Both the position numbers and the translations under genes were made by a program. DNA of 64,000 bases from an uncultured Gemmatimonadales bacterium. Its GTDB lineage: Bacteria > Gemmatimonadota > Gemmatimonadetes > Gemmatimonadales > GWC2-71-9. The notes below the pieces were generated by a model. It made no database searches, had not been told where the DNA came from, and saw only the letters and a list, made by a program, of their open reading frames with translations. Shown here one piece after another: positions 21,605 to 31,785 of the stretch. The first letter of the stretch is position 1. Each line of letters starts with the position of its first letter. The stretch spans positions 256,001 to 320,000 of the forward strand of contig CAWJIM010000019.1 in NCBI GenBank assembly GCA_963842945.1. Reading direction: 5' to 3'.

Positions 21605-23044
21605 ATGAGCGTCGAGACGAAGGGCAAGAGTGGTGCGACTTATTCGCCTCGATGGTCTTGGAGCGCCACCGCAATCCTGCTGTACGGCACATTGTTGCCG
21701 CCCGGCGCGGCCATTGCCCAGACAGGCTTCACTGGCGTCGTGCGCATCCGGAGCACGGTGAACGCCCGCCAAGACACGATCATCCAGACGACCAAGGGCG
21801 GTCGGGCACGGTTCGACTACCTGTGTGACCTTGTCCGCTCGTGCACGATGATCGGCGATTCCGGTACGCACACGCTGATGGCCATCGAGGACGACAGGAA
21901 GATCTACGTCACCATCACGCAGGCGGACAGCTGGCAGCTTGAGGCGATGACGCAAACGCTGGAGCCCGTGCTGCGGACCCGCTTGGCGGTGTCCCGCCTG
22001 TGGGACGTGAGCGGACTCAAGTTCAAGAAGACCCGTAGGAGCAGTCAGGTGGCGGGTCAGCGGTGCGAGGTGTGGGCCGGTCACTATCCGGGTGCGACTC
22101 GGGACGAGGCCAGCGAGGCGTGTCTTGGGAACAGTGGGGGCATCGCCGTGGGACTGCTTGTCGGCGTGTTCAAGTCGGAAACCACCGTGCCTCCGGCGTA
22201 CGACGAGAACGGCCTCCCTCACAAATCGCTCAACGCAGGACTCCTGAGGCTCAGGCTGGTCAAGAACGGGAGCCCGACCACAGTCGAGGTCCTCAGCATC
22301 GAACCCGGCACCGTGGATGACAGCCTGTTCGACCCGCCCGCCGGATACGAGCACATCCGGATGGCCGCATTCATCAAGGGGATGCAGGCAGCGCGCCAGC
22401 AAGCCGAGCGCCCCGGGCCGAGCCTGAGCCCGCGGCCGGGCGATTCTCTCAGTTACCCGCTGCCCGACGATCCTCAGATTTCCAAGCCTCCTTCGCTCAC
22501 CGTGTGTGCCTGGGACTCGCTCGCGCCGGCAGTTTACCAAGGTGAGGGGGAGGTCACCTATCGCGTCAGGCCCAACGGTGTGCCAGATACCGCGACGATG
22601 ATGGTGGAGCGGTTGTACGGCGCCGACCTCCGCACCTTCCGGACGGCGGCCCAGAAAGTCGTGGCGGTCTGCCGGTTCACCCAGGTTGCCGCCGACAACG
22701 CCCCGCCGACCCTTATGCGCCAGCGGATCAGTTTCGCGGGTGGCCGCGGCCGGTTCGATTCGACGGAGTCCGAAGTGTATATCCCAACGGACTCTTTGGA
22801 GCTGGAGCCCGTCGCTATTGTAAAGTGTGAGCCGATTCTGCACGAGGAGGGCCGCATCAGGGTGCAGATGGTCATCGGAACGGACGGCCTCCCCGAGCCG
22901 GGGAAGATCTCCGCGGTCAACGAGACGACGCACATGCAGGTAGCAGAAGCGCCGATCGCCTTCGCGGGTTGCGTTTTCACCCCGGCCCGGTACAAGGGCA
23001 TTCTGGTGCGGCAGAAGATTGAGTTCACCATCACGTCCAAGTAA
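21605..23044 (+). CDS. Secreted DUF4412-like domain fused to two TonB C-terminal-like domains
   Basis: Signal ending AIAQ; SQVAGQRCEVW and DDSLFDPPAGY (DUF4412-like); VTYRVRPNG...CRF and VQMVIGTDG...FTPARYKG (TonB_C-like); start uncertain. Confidence 0.65.
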   Translation: MSVETKGKSGATYSPRWSWSATAILLYGTLLPPGAAIAQTGFTGVVRIRSTVNARQDTIIQTTKGGRARFDYLCDLVRSCTMIGDSGTHTLMAIEDDRKIYVTITQADSWQLEAMTQTLEPVLRTRLAVSRLWDVSGLKFKKTRRSSQVAGQRCEVWAGHYPGATRDEASEACLGNSGGIAVGLLVGVFKSETTVPPAYDENGLPHKSLNAGLLRLRLVKNGSPTTVEVLSIEPGTVDDSLFDPPAGYEHIRMAAFIKGMQAARQQAERPGPSLSPRPGDSLSYPLPDDPQISKPPSLTVCAWDSLAPAVYQGEGEVTYRVRPNGVPDTATMMVERLYGADLRTFRTAAQKVVAVCRFTQVAADNAPPTLMRQRISFAGGRGRFDSTESEVYIPTDSLELEPVAIVKCEPILHEEGRIRVQMVIGTDGLPEPGKISAVNETTHMQVAEAPIAFAGCVFTPARYKGILVRQKIEFTITSK

Positions 23045-23302
23045 CCGCTGACGGTGTAAGTCAGTCGTCCGGGAACGCGGATCGACCGCTGGACCTGCTG
23101 CTGTGTCTAGCTCTCGCCTTCAATCCCCAAAAGCATGAGGTCGAGGGTGTGCGAACTTTTGTGCCAATTGGATCTGAACATCCTGCATATTTTGCGGGCC
23201 TGATATGTGCAGCCTGCACATCTTTCCCTATGAAAAAACGTCCAGGTTGTCACATTTGGCCCCGGGTAAGGCTTAGGCATCGACAAGCCGAACGTATGGC
23301 AG

Positions 23303-23540
23303 AACCTTCCCATGATGCAAAAAGGGCCTCCACTTGGAGGCCCTAAGTGCTTGTGGTTTACAGAGGCGCCGGTCGGAATCGAACCGACGAATGGAGGTTT
23401 TGCAGTTCTCCGAGAGCTCTTGCAAGGCTTTTCATTCTTTCCGAACTTGTAAGAGAACCAGGGGTTAGCTCAGTCCGCCCTGCCATTGATTCACGTCTTT
23501 TTCGATCTTACTCCGCTCAACCTTCCCAGGATCTTCCCAT
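23303..23540. repeat. att junction: arm + terminator + 42-bp tRNA-Cys 3' half (23364-23405) + ~135-bp conserved arm
   Basis: Core identical to tRNA; flank ttctcc..gctcttgc..ggctt...ccgaa...ttagctc...tgatt...aaccttcccaggatcttcccat colinear with 17729-17865. Confidence 0.92.
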
Positions 23541-24017
23541 TCGGGCCAGCAATCGTGAGCTGAGTGGTTAGCCGAAGCTGAACACGAGTGCCTCCACTCC
23601 TGGGTCGAAACTGGATCTGGAACTGGCGGTCACTTACGCGGTCTGCTTCCCGAATTAGCTGATACATCCGAGGCTCGGCAAACGACGCCGTCCACCTGCT
23701 CGTCAACATCGACTCCATGCGCGGGATCGCAGGGCTGGTTATCAGGTGTGGCAGGCTACGGATAACGCGGGAGTGGAGGGGGCCGATAGTCTGGGCACCT
23801 CTGCTACTTCCGTAGAAGTGCTGGCTTGAACAGGGCAGAACCCGCACCAATTGCAGATTCGGGCAAGCGCCAACGAGCTTACTCTCGGTATAAGATCCGA
23901 TATGTTCCAGCCAAGGCCCCGAAAATGAAGAGCGCTGATTTGTGCCTAGATCCACGCGTCTCGAGTGGCTATCGCGGCTAATTGTGCCGGTCCAATTCGA
24001 TTCTGGAGGGAAGCGTC

Positions 24018-25626
24018 ATGGACTTCAGATCCCTTCAATCACTTGCGCTGAGTGTCGGCGAAGCCTTCAGCCTGGACGATGTGTTCCACCGGATCGTCGC
24101 CGGACTGGCAGCACAATCTGACATTGCACTGGCCCGGGTCTGGCTCGTACTCCCCAGTGATATTGCCGAGTCCCCCGGCATGGGGGTGGAGAGCCCGGAC
24201 GAGGCACGGTGCCTCCACCTGGTCGCCAGTGCCGGAACGCCGGTAGCGTCCGCCGAGGACTGGACTCGCGTGGACGGATACTTCCGACGCATCCAGCTCG
24301 GTGCCAACAAAGTCGGGCAGATCGGCGCTAGTGGCGAGCCGGTACTGATCAGCAACAACCTGGCGGAGAGTCATTGGGTCGCACGCCCCGATTGGGCCCG
24401 GCGCGAAGGGATCCTAAGCTTCGCCGGTCAGCCCCTGATCTATCGCGGCGATATCCTCGGCGTGCTGGCGGTGTTCAGTCGCGCGGAGATAACGCCGGGC
24501 GAATCCAATTGGCTGCGCATCTTCGCGGATCATGCGGCGATCGCCATCGCTAACGCCCGGGCCTACGACGAGATCGAGCGCCTGCGCCGACAACTGGAGC
24601 TCGAACGAGACTATCTGCGCGAGGAGGTCAAGGAGGTCCTCGCCTTCGGCACAATCGTGGGCCGGAGTGCCGCCCTGCGAGATGTCTTGGAGCAGGTAGG
24701 GCTGGTCGCCGCAACCGACACGACGGCGCTGATCCTGGGAGAATCGGGCACCGGGAAAGAGCTGGTCGCGGCCGCCATTCACGAGCGCAGCCGGCGGCGG
24801 GATCGCCCCTTCGTGCGGGTCAACTGCGGCTCGATCCCGGCGGAGCTGTTCGAGAGCGAGTTCTTCGGTCACGTCAAAGGTGCGTTCACGGGCGCCCTTC
24901 GGGACCGGGTCGGCCGTTTCCAGCATGCGGATGGTGGTACGCTGTTTCTCGATGAAATTGGAGAGATTCCACTCGCGCACCAGGCTAAGCTGCTCCGGGT
25001 GCTGCAGGGGGGACAGTTCGAGCGCGTCGGTGATGACACTACGCGCACCGTGAATGTGCGGCTCGTTGCCGCCACGAACAGAGATCTCAGGATCGACGTT
25101 GCTGCAGGACGCTTCCGGCAGGACCTCTTCTATAGAATAAGCGTCTTTCCCCTGGAGCTCCCGCCGCTCCGTCAGCGGCGGGAAGACATTCCGGCCCTGG
25201 CCCATCATTTTGCCTCGCGTTTTGCCGCTCAATTGAATCGCCCCGAGGTGCGACTGACCAACGACGACGCCGCATTGCTGATGCAGTACGATTGGCCGGG
25301 CAACGTGCGAGAGCTGCAGAACGTCATGGAGCGCGCAATTATTCTGGCGAAGGGCTCTCGGCTCCGCCTCGATCTGGCGCTGGCGTATGGGAGCGCACAC
25401 GCCCTTGGCTTCGGAGCCGACGGCCGAGACTCCGCCAGCCTCCGCTCCTGAGAAGGTCATTCGCACCGAGGAATTGAAGCGCCTCGAGCGCGACAGTATC
25501 ATCGCCGCCTTGGAGCGCGCGCATCGGAGAGTCTCGGGGCCGGGTGGCGCAGCCGCCCTCCTGGGCGTCAATCCCAATACGCTGACCTCCCGCATGCGCT
25601 CGCTGGGCATCAAGCGCAGGGATTGA
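24018..25626 (+). CDS. Sigma54-dependent enhancer-binding protein (GAF-AAA+-HTH; FhlA/HyfR-like), frameshift near 3' end
   Basis: [59 protein letters not shown] in ORF 25387-25626. Confidence 0.93.
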
Positions 25627-25916
25627 GGCCCGTGACGCAGGAGATGCACCCGTCCGCCATTCTGAGGGTCACCTCCCACGGTTAGTAGTGTGACGGGAGT
25701 CTCCCTCCGCTTCCATGAAGAGGCCGTGGGCATCTCGACCAGTTGCACGTCCTGCATCTCCCGCCTAGCTCATCCGCCCGCTTCTCGGTACCCAATGCCC
25801 ACCTCCGTCTCCGCCTGACTGCTCGCAAGGCGTTTAGGGAGGCGCCTTGGGTTTACGGGGGCGCCACAGCGATTAGTCGTCGGCCCCGACAGCAGATGGC
25901 CTCGCCACGATTTTCA

Positions 25917-26004
25917 ACGAAAGCTTCGTGATATCACAAGATGGGAGCGCTGTCCGATCAGCTAGCCGCCATTTGACGGGGTTCGCGGGCGGCATCCGAA
26001 TTGC
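25917..26004 (+). promoter_or_regulatory. Sigma54 promoter with upstream palindromic enhancer
   Basis: GGCATCCGAATTGC (GG-N10-GC) at 25991-26004; palindromes ACGAAagcTTCGT and GTGATATCAC at 25917-25937. Confidence 0.8.
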
Positions 26005-26062
26005 CCATGTACCGGCAGCAGGATCGTACAAGCAGATCACATTGCAAGAGGAGTATCCGAAC

Positions 26063-26194
26063 ATGACAACCATGACACTGTTCGCCCCGTTCCAAGGTCT
26101 ACCGGCCGCACCGAGCGTAGCTCAGGCCGTGCTCCTCGCCCAGCTCATCATCTTGCGCCGACTAGAAGCAGCCGGGACCAAGAGGGCCAACTAG
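26063..26194 (+). CDS. 43-aa small ORF, first gene of the sigma54 operon
   Basis: AGAGGAG RBS; MTTMTLFAPFQGLPAAPSVAQAVLLAQLIILRRLEAAGTKRAN. Confidence 0.45.
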   Translation: MTTMTLFAPFQGLPAAPSVAQAVLLAQLIILRRLEAAGTKRAN

Positions 26195-26196
26195 CC

Positions 26197-26694
26197 ATGG
26201 CCCATTTCCCTCGTACTGCCCGTCGTTCCTTGCTTGTCGCCCTCATCGGCGCTTGTGGGTCGGCGCTCGGCGCGCCTCACGCTGCGGCCCAGATGCCCGC
26301 AATCGGACCTGAGACGCGTTGGGCGATCGCCCCTTGGTTCTTCCCGACCGGCGCCGAGATCACTTTCGTCGACGGGAACCCCAACATCGACGAGGCCTTT
26401 CTCGTCCGCCTCGCATTTCCTGAAGACTACCGGATCCCGCCGCATTACCACGGCACAGACATCCACGTCGAGGTGCAGCAGGGTGCGATGGCGATCGGCC
26501 TCGGGGATCGAATGGACCTGGGCCAGACTCGCCTCCTGGCTGCGGGCGACACGGGAAGCGTGCCGGCGGGGACGCATTACTACATCGCCACGAGTGCGAC
26601 CACGTTGATTGCAATGCGAAGCCGGGGACCGTTCACGCTGACGTACGTTCATCCCGACGACGATCCGTCGCGTCACCTGCCCTTTGGCCGATAG
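26197..26694 (+). CDS. Secreted cupin-domain protein
   Basis: Signal peptide; YRIPPHYHGTD...VPAGTHYY cupin motifs. Confidence 0.8.
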   Translation: MAHFPRTARRSLLVALIGACGSALGAPHAAAQMPAIGPETRWAIAPWFFPTGAEITFVDGNPNIDEAFLVRLAFPEDYRIPPHYHGTDIHVEVQQGAMAIGLGDRMDLGQTRLLAAGDTGSVPAGTHYYIATSATTLIAMRSRGPFTLTYVHPDDDPSRHLPFGR

Positions 26695-26755
26695 CGGAAT
26701 CGGCCGCCAAGTGTTCGAAGCGACCACCCACATTCAGAGATCAGGGAGACACATC

Positions 26756-27412
26756 ATGACCAACATCATCACCGAGACCGCCAAGTCCGCGAGGGCGGGT
26801 AATAGGCGTGGCCTGAGCGAAGTCCTCGACTTCCTCGTCACCGAAGAGCAGCTTGGCGTGACACTCTTGACTGCCGCGATCGAGAGTGCTCCCGGAACCC
26901 CTTCGGAGGCCTTCGCGCCGGTCCTGCGCAACGGCGTCACCACGGAGTTCCATCATGTGGAGGCTCTCAAGGCGGCGGGCGGAACGCCGCTCACTTCGAA
27001 ATACTGGTTGCCGGATTCGGCGTTCGGGGGCGGTGGGGTCGGACTCTTTTCGACGCTTGAAATCATCGAGACAGTGGAGATCAGCTTGTATCTCATCGGC
27101 GTAAGCGCCTACGCCCGCCTGGGTGACGAAATCGGAGCGCGCCTGTGCGCCGAGGCGATGGGTACGGAGGCGGTGCACCGGGCCCTGGTGCGTTTCGCCC
27201 AAGGCCAGCTCGGCAAGGACGTCGGCGTGCCGAACGATGTCGGCTTCGAGAACTTCGACTGGCCAACGGTGGAGAGGGTAAGAGAGGCACTGGAAGGACT
27301 GGGCATCGGGTACGGCACTCAGACCAATCAGCCTGGCCGTTTCTACCAGTATCCGGGCGATCCGATCGCGCGGGGTGTCGGCACGCCGGTCAGCCACACT
27401 CTTCCAGCCTGA
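26756..27412 (+). CDS. Ferritin-like domain protein
   Basis: E..E, EFHH, IETVE..LY, GTEAVH di-iron-like motifs. Confidence 0.7.
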   Translation: MTNIITETAKSARAGNRRGLSEVLDFLVTEEQLGVTLLTAAIESAPGTPSEAFAPVLRNGVTTEFHHVEALKAAGGTPLTSKYWLPDSAFGGGGVGLFSTLEIIETVEISLYLIGVSAYARLGDEIGARLCAEAMGTEAVHRALVRFAQGQLGKDVGVPNDVGFENFDWPTVERVREALEGLGIGYGTQTNQPGRFYQYPGDPIARGVGTPVSHTLPA

Positions 27413-27502
27413 GTTGCCGTCGATGGTGGTGGGTACTCCGGTGCCCGCCCCAGGTCTCTGACAATCGCTGTGGCAGGATCACACTCGAGAGAGGATACGG
27501 AC

Positions 27503-27805
27503 ATGACAAGCATAAGACGCAATACCCTGAGCCTGATGGCCGGCGCCCTTTCCATCGCGCTTGCCGTTGGTTCGCCCACGATTGACCCCGTTGGAATCGA
27601 CGATGGCACGCGGGCGCTGCTGAACAGAGTCGAGAGGTCGCCCGAAATGGGCACATCGATCGGAGAGGGGCGGTCGGTCACTGGGCAGCAGGCACTGCTG
27701 GACGAATTCGCCGGAAGCCTGGACCCTGCACCGGCCGCGGACTCTCCAGCCGATCGGAGCCACATGCAGATCAGCGGGATGCAAGCGCTGCTCAGCCGTA
27801 ACTGA
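27503..27805 (+). CDS. Small putative secreted protein
   Basis: GAGAGGA RBS; RR + hydrophobic N-terminus; 100 aa. Confidence 0.5.
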   Translation: MTSIRRNTLSLMAGALSIALAVGSPTIDPVGIDDGTRALLNRVERSPEMGTSIGEGRSVTGQQALLDEFAGSLDPAPAADSPADRSHMQISGMQALLSRN

Positions 27806-27823
27806 GCGGATGGATCGAGACGG

Positions 27824-27990
27824 CTCGAGCGCGACAGCATCATCGCCGCGCTGGAGCCGATTGTCAGGTCGGCATCTCCCGCCTCAGCTCGCCGTCACTT
27901 TCAACGAAAAATTCGTGAGATCACAAGACACGAGCGCTGCCCGACCCGGGGAGCGCCATTTGACGGGGTCCCGGGCGGCATCCGAGTTGC
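27824..27990 (+). promoter_or_regulatory. Duplicated sigma54 promoter/enhancer preceded by a remnant of the EBP 3' end
   Basis: 27824-27857 matches 25483-25516 at 31/34 nt; ACGAAaaaTTCGT, GTGAGATCAC and GGCATCCGAGTTGC at the same spacing as the first copy. Confidence 0.82.
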
Positions 27991-28279
27991 CCATGTAGCC
28001 GGCGTCCGGCGTTGCCAACGGGCGGCGCCGTCCTCCCTACAACCGGATTGGAGCTGAAGAATGTTAAAGGCTCACATCGCCGACCTATCCACCCCGATCG
28101 TCCTCGCGCTCTCGGCATTTCTTGTGGGGGGCGACTCCCTCGGGGCACAGCAGCAGCACATCAGGCAGCCGGTCGCCGAAGCGCCCGCGCCGCAGGACCT
28201 CTCCAGAATCGTGGAGGCGCACATCAGACAGCCAATGCTGGACAATTCAACCGTTCGTCCTATTCAAGGAGATCACTCC

Positions 28280-29003
28280 ATGTCGAAATTGCCGAATATC
28301 GTGCTGGTTCACGGAGCCTGGGCCGATGGGTCCAGCTGGAGCGGCGTCATCGCTGCGGCTCCAGCGGGCTGGGTACCACGTCGCTGCCGTGCAGCTGGGC
28401 CTGACCTCGCTCGACGAAGATGTGAGCAGGACCCGCGCCCTGCTGGCCGCGCAGACCGGTCCCACGCTTCTCGTTGCGCATTCGTTCGGGGGTGCGGTGA
28501 TCACTCAACTGGGCAGCGATGCCCCGAACGTGATCGGGCTGGTATACGAGTCGGCCTTTGCACCGGATCAAGGGGAGACGCTGAAGGGATTGCTGAGTCA
28601 GCCGCCTCAGCCCGCGGGCGTGGCCGCGATTCATCCGGACCAAGGGGGGTACCTGTGGCTGGATCCAGAGGGGTTCCTCAAGTTTTTCGCGCCTGACGTG
28701 CCCGTGGCCCGGGCCCGGGTGCTGGCGACAGTGCAGAAGCCCATCGCGGCTGACGTCCTCTTCAGTGAGGCAGCGTTCGGCCCGCCCTCGTGGCGGTCAT
28801 TCCCCTCATGGTATCTGATTACCACGGAGGACCAGATGCTGCCTCCCGATGCCCAGCAGCTCTTCGCCAAGAGGATGGGCGCGACCGTGACTACACTTGC
28901 GGCCAGCCATGCGGCGATGGTGTCGCATCCGGACGTCGTGGCGAGCTTCATCGTGAAGGCGGCCACGGCTGCTGAGGCAGAGGCAGCGCTCGCCGCTCAC
29001 TAG
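28280..29003 (+). CDS. Alpha/beta hydrolase, frameshifted
   Basis: IVLVHGAWADGSSW, AHSFGG nucleophile, DQML, SHAAM; AAGGAG RBS (in-frame upstream ORF from 28061 may be a separate secreted peptide). Confidence 0.88.
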
Positions 29004-29071
29004 CTCAACCCAGACGCCTCGACTGCCCAGAGTGGTCGAGGCGCCGTTGCATGAGTCAGGAGGACAGCACA

Positions 29072-29588
29072 ATGCGCACTTTGAATATCAACCAGGCAGG
29101 ATCATGGGCGGTCCGCGGGCTGCTGCCCGCCCTGGTTTACTCTATCGCCTTGTTCCTGGGCGCCCCCAAGACTCACTGCCCAGGATGCGGCCACAGCAAC
29201 ATCATTGCGCTGGGAGGTGGCGCCTCCGTTGCTGCCGCCGGGCGCGCTGATCGCCGTGGTATCCGGTGATCCCGCGGGGCCGGGTCAGTCCACCATCCAG
29301 CTCTCGATGCCGGATGGCTACCGGATGCCGCCCCACTTTCACCCCACCGACGAGCGGGTGGAAGTGAAGCAAGGCACGCTCCTGGTCGGAATGGGAGACC
29401 GGCTCGACCCGGGGAAGACTATGGCCCTGGCAACCGGGGATACTATCGTGGCCCCGGCCGGCTTTCATCACTACTCGATCGCCAAAGGAACCACGGTGGT
29501 CTCGGTGCGGTTCATCGGCCCCTACACAATCACGTACGTGCATGTTTACGAGGCCCCACAGCAGGCCTCCTTTCCCTATGGCTATTAG
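29072..29588 (+). CDS. Secreted cupin-domain protein (paralog of 26197-26694), frameshifted
   Basis: YRMPPHFHPTDE...APAGFHHY; GMGDRLD shared with first cupin. Confidence 0.8.
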
Positions 29589-29589
29589 C

Positions 29590-29751
29590 ATGGACAAACC
29601 TCGCATCTTCCTGGGCTCTTCGGGAAAGCAGGCGAAGCTGTTGCGAGCGCTGACTCGAGGTCTCGAGGATGTCGCGCAGGTTGAACCTTGGACGACATCC
29701 TTCAATCCTGGGGCCGGTCAACGCCGAGTGGCTCGCTTTCTCCGGAGCTAG
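29590..29751 (+). pseudogene. Truncated N-terminus of a TIR-like (CAP12/Pycsar-type) nucleotide-binding domain
   Basis: MDKPRIFLGSS...VEPWTTSFNPG then abrupt divergence and stop. Confidence 0.6.
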
Positions 29752-29791
29752 CCTGGTCGCCTACGGGACGTAGCCTAGAAGGGAGCACACA

Positions 29792-30982
29792 ATGAACGAT
29801 CACGCTTCGCTCACTCGTGACATCACATCGGTAGAGGATGGCCGGCGGTTGAGAGCGGTGTCAGACACATCACCGCCTTCGTCGCAGCCGGACACTCCTT
29901 CATTTGGGCACATCGCCACGCTTGACAGCCTGCGCGAGCACCTTCAGTGGGCAATTGAGCTCGAACACTTCACGATCCCGCCGTACCTGTGCGCGTTGTA
30001 CTCGCTTGACGCCGTGCGCAATCCGGGAGCCACAGAGGTGGTCGCCAGCGTTCTCGTCGAAGAAATGCTGCATATGACTCTCGCAGCTAACCTGCTGAAC
30101 GCCGTGGGCGGACGCCCACGGCTGGACGCGCCGGAGATGCTGCCGGGCTATCCTGGATGCCTGCCGCACGGCGACCGCTCGTTCGAGGTCTCGCTGGTCC
30201 GCTTCAGCCTCGACGCGCTCGAGGTCTTTCTGAAGATCGAACAAGCGGCCCCGGCGGGCGCTCAGCCCGAGAGCGACGACTACGAGACGATCGGCCAGTT
30301 CTACGAGGCGATCGGCCGCGGATTGCGCGAGTTGTGCGCGCATCTGGGCGAGACTGAAGTTTTTTGCGGCGATCCGGCGCGGCAGGTGGCCGACGCGCCC
30401 TTCCCGGGAGGCGGGCGCATCATCGCGATCGACAGCCTCCCAACGGCTCTCGCGGCGCTTGAGGAAATCGTCGAGCAGGGCGAAGGCGCCGACCCTCTTC
30501 AAGTCTGGGACGGCGATCACGACTCCTCCCATCCCGAGCGCGAACAGGTCTCGCATTACTGTCGCTTTCAGGAGCTCAAGCTCGGGCGGTGTTTTCGCAG
30601 CGGCGACACCCCGTTGTCCGGGCCCACAGGCGACCCGATTTCCATCGACTGGAAGGGCGTGCGACCTATGCGCAGCAACCCGCGCACCTCGGACCATGCG
30701 CCGGGCAGTCCCATCCGCACGGCGCAGGAGGAGTTCAACCACGCCTACTGCGCGCTCTTGCGCCACCTCGAGCAGGCGTTCAACGGCAACCCGCAGGTGC
30801 TTACGGCCGCCATCGGCTCGATGTACGGGCTAAAGGCCAAGGCCCAAGCGCTGATGCTGATGCCCACCGAGGATGGACTTGGGACTGCGGGTCCCACCTT
30901 CGAATACGTTGCGCCCCGGTTGTCGTCCGTGGACAAGACCGCGCCGACAGGAAACTCGAAGTCGCAGCCCTCGCGTGAATAG
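29792..30982 (+). CDS. Ferritin-like protein of the VioB-type family
   Basis: LQWAIELEHFTIPPYLCALYSL, VEEMLH, TIGQFY, IVEQGEG, SHYCRF, AGPTFEY. Confidence 0.85.
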   Translation: MNDHASLTRDITSVEDGRRLRAVSDTSPPSSQPDTPSFGHIATLDSLREHLQWAIELEHFTIPPYLCALYSLDAVRNPGATEVVASVLVEEMLHMTLAANLLNAVGGRPRLDAPEMLPGYPGCLPHGDRSFEVSLVRFSLDALEVFLKIEQAAPAGAQPESDDYETIGQFYEAIGRGLRELCAHLGETEVFCGDPARQVADAPFPGGGRIIAIDSLPTALAALEEIVEQGEGADPLQVWDGDHDSSHPEREQVSHYCRFQELKLGRCFRSGDTPLSGPTGDPISIDWKGVRPMRSNPRTSDHAPGSPIRTAQEEFNHAYCALLRHLEQAFNGNPQVLTAAIGSMYGLKAKAQALMLMPTEDGLGTAGPTFEYVAPRLSSVDKTAPTGNSKSQPSRE

Positions 30983-30991
30983 GAGCCCTCC

Positions 30992-31645
30992 ATGTTCGAG
31001 TCCACCGAAACCCTTATTTCCACGGCGGCGGCAGACCCGGTGTCGTACTGGAGCACATGGGTGAACTTGGTGAGCACTGTGGCGGCGGGAGCGACAGGAG
31101 CACTCGCGTGGTTCGCCAAGGTGCAAATTGACAGCGCGAACCGAGAGAAGCAGGATCGCCAAGCGGTGGCGGATGCACGAATCTCCGCGCTCGCCTACGC
31201 AGTCCGGCGGCAAGTCAGGTCATGGCTCGCTTTGGATAGCGCGCCGCAAATCGTCAAGTGGAAGGCAGAGATTTCTCCGACCTTTGAGCGGGTGGAGAAT
31301 TGCCTGCAAATGGCGCTGGCAGAAGTGCACGCCTCCCCCATGGTGCGCGCCGCCCTCCGCGAGGCGCTAGTGCGCTACTATCGCGCCATGGACACGTTTG
31401 ACCAGTTGCCGTCCCCGCCCGGCGAGATGTCGGTGGACAAGGGCGCGAGCATCTGGGGTGGCCTCGGCACCTTACACGCTGAGGTTGAGTCGTGCGCGGA
31501 CAGTCTTAGAGGCGCGATTGACCCCGAGCTTGAGGCGGCTGACAAGGGCATCCCGCACCTTTTAGGGGAGGCTGAGCGGCGGGAGGCCGACGCACTGGCC
31601 GTGCCGGCCCCGCGAGGCTTCGCAAGCTGGCGCAACCGTCGCTGA
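30992..31645 (+). CDS. Hypothetical protein with N-terminal TM
   Basis: 217-aa ORF after AGGAG; hydrophobic segment near N-terminus. Confidence 0.55.
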   Translation: MFESTETLISTAAADPVSYWSTWVNLVSTVAAGATGALAWFAKVQIDSANREKQDRQAVADARISALAYAVRRQVRSWLALDSAPQIVKWKAEISPTFERVENCLQMALAEVHASPMVRAALREALVRYYRAMDTFDQLPSPPGEMSVDKGASIWGGLGTLHAEVESCADSLRGAIDPELEAADKGIPHLLGEAERREADALAVPAPRGFASWRNRR

Positions 31646-31785
31646 GACGCCGGGCGTTAGGACTCAGAGCGTATGCGGATGCACGACCACAGCACTGTGA
31701 ATGGTGGTTTGTGGTGTAGCCTGCGCTCCGGAGCAAGAGGTCACAATGAAGTGGACTGGCCAGGTCACGCCTCGCCGCTAGCAAG

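Larger units (their letters stand above)
17687..23405. mobile_element. Integrase-less island B (~5.7 kb) in tandem array at tRNA-Cys; possibly two fused units
   Basis: Bounded by identical tRNA-Cys 3' repeats; internal orphan arm pair at 20841-20882; no recombinase ORF seen. Confidence 0.8.

Noticed and set aside
17687..23405. tRNA-Cys fragments as additional tRNA genes or a CRISPR-like array
   Set aside because: They lack the 5' half and are kilobases apart; they behave as att duplicates, and no cas genes or short spacers are present.
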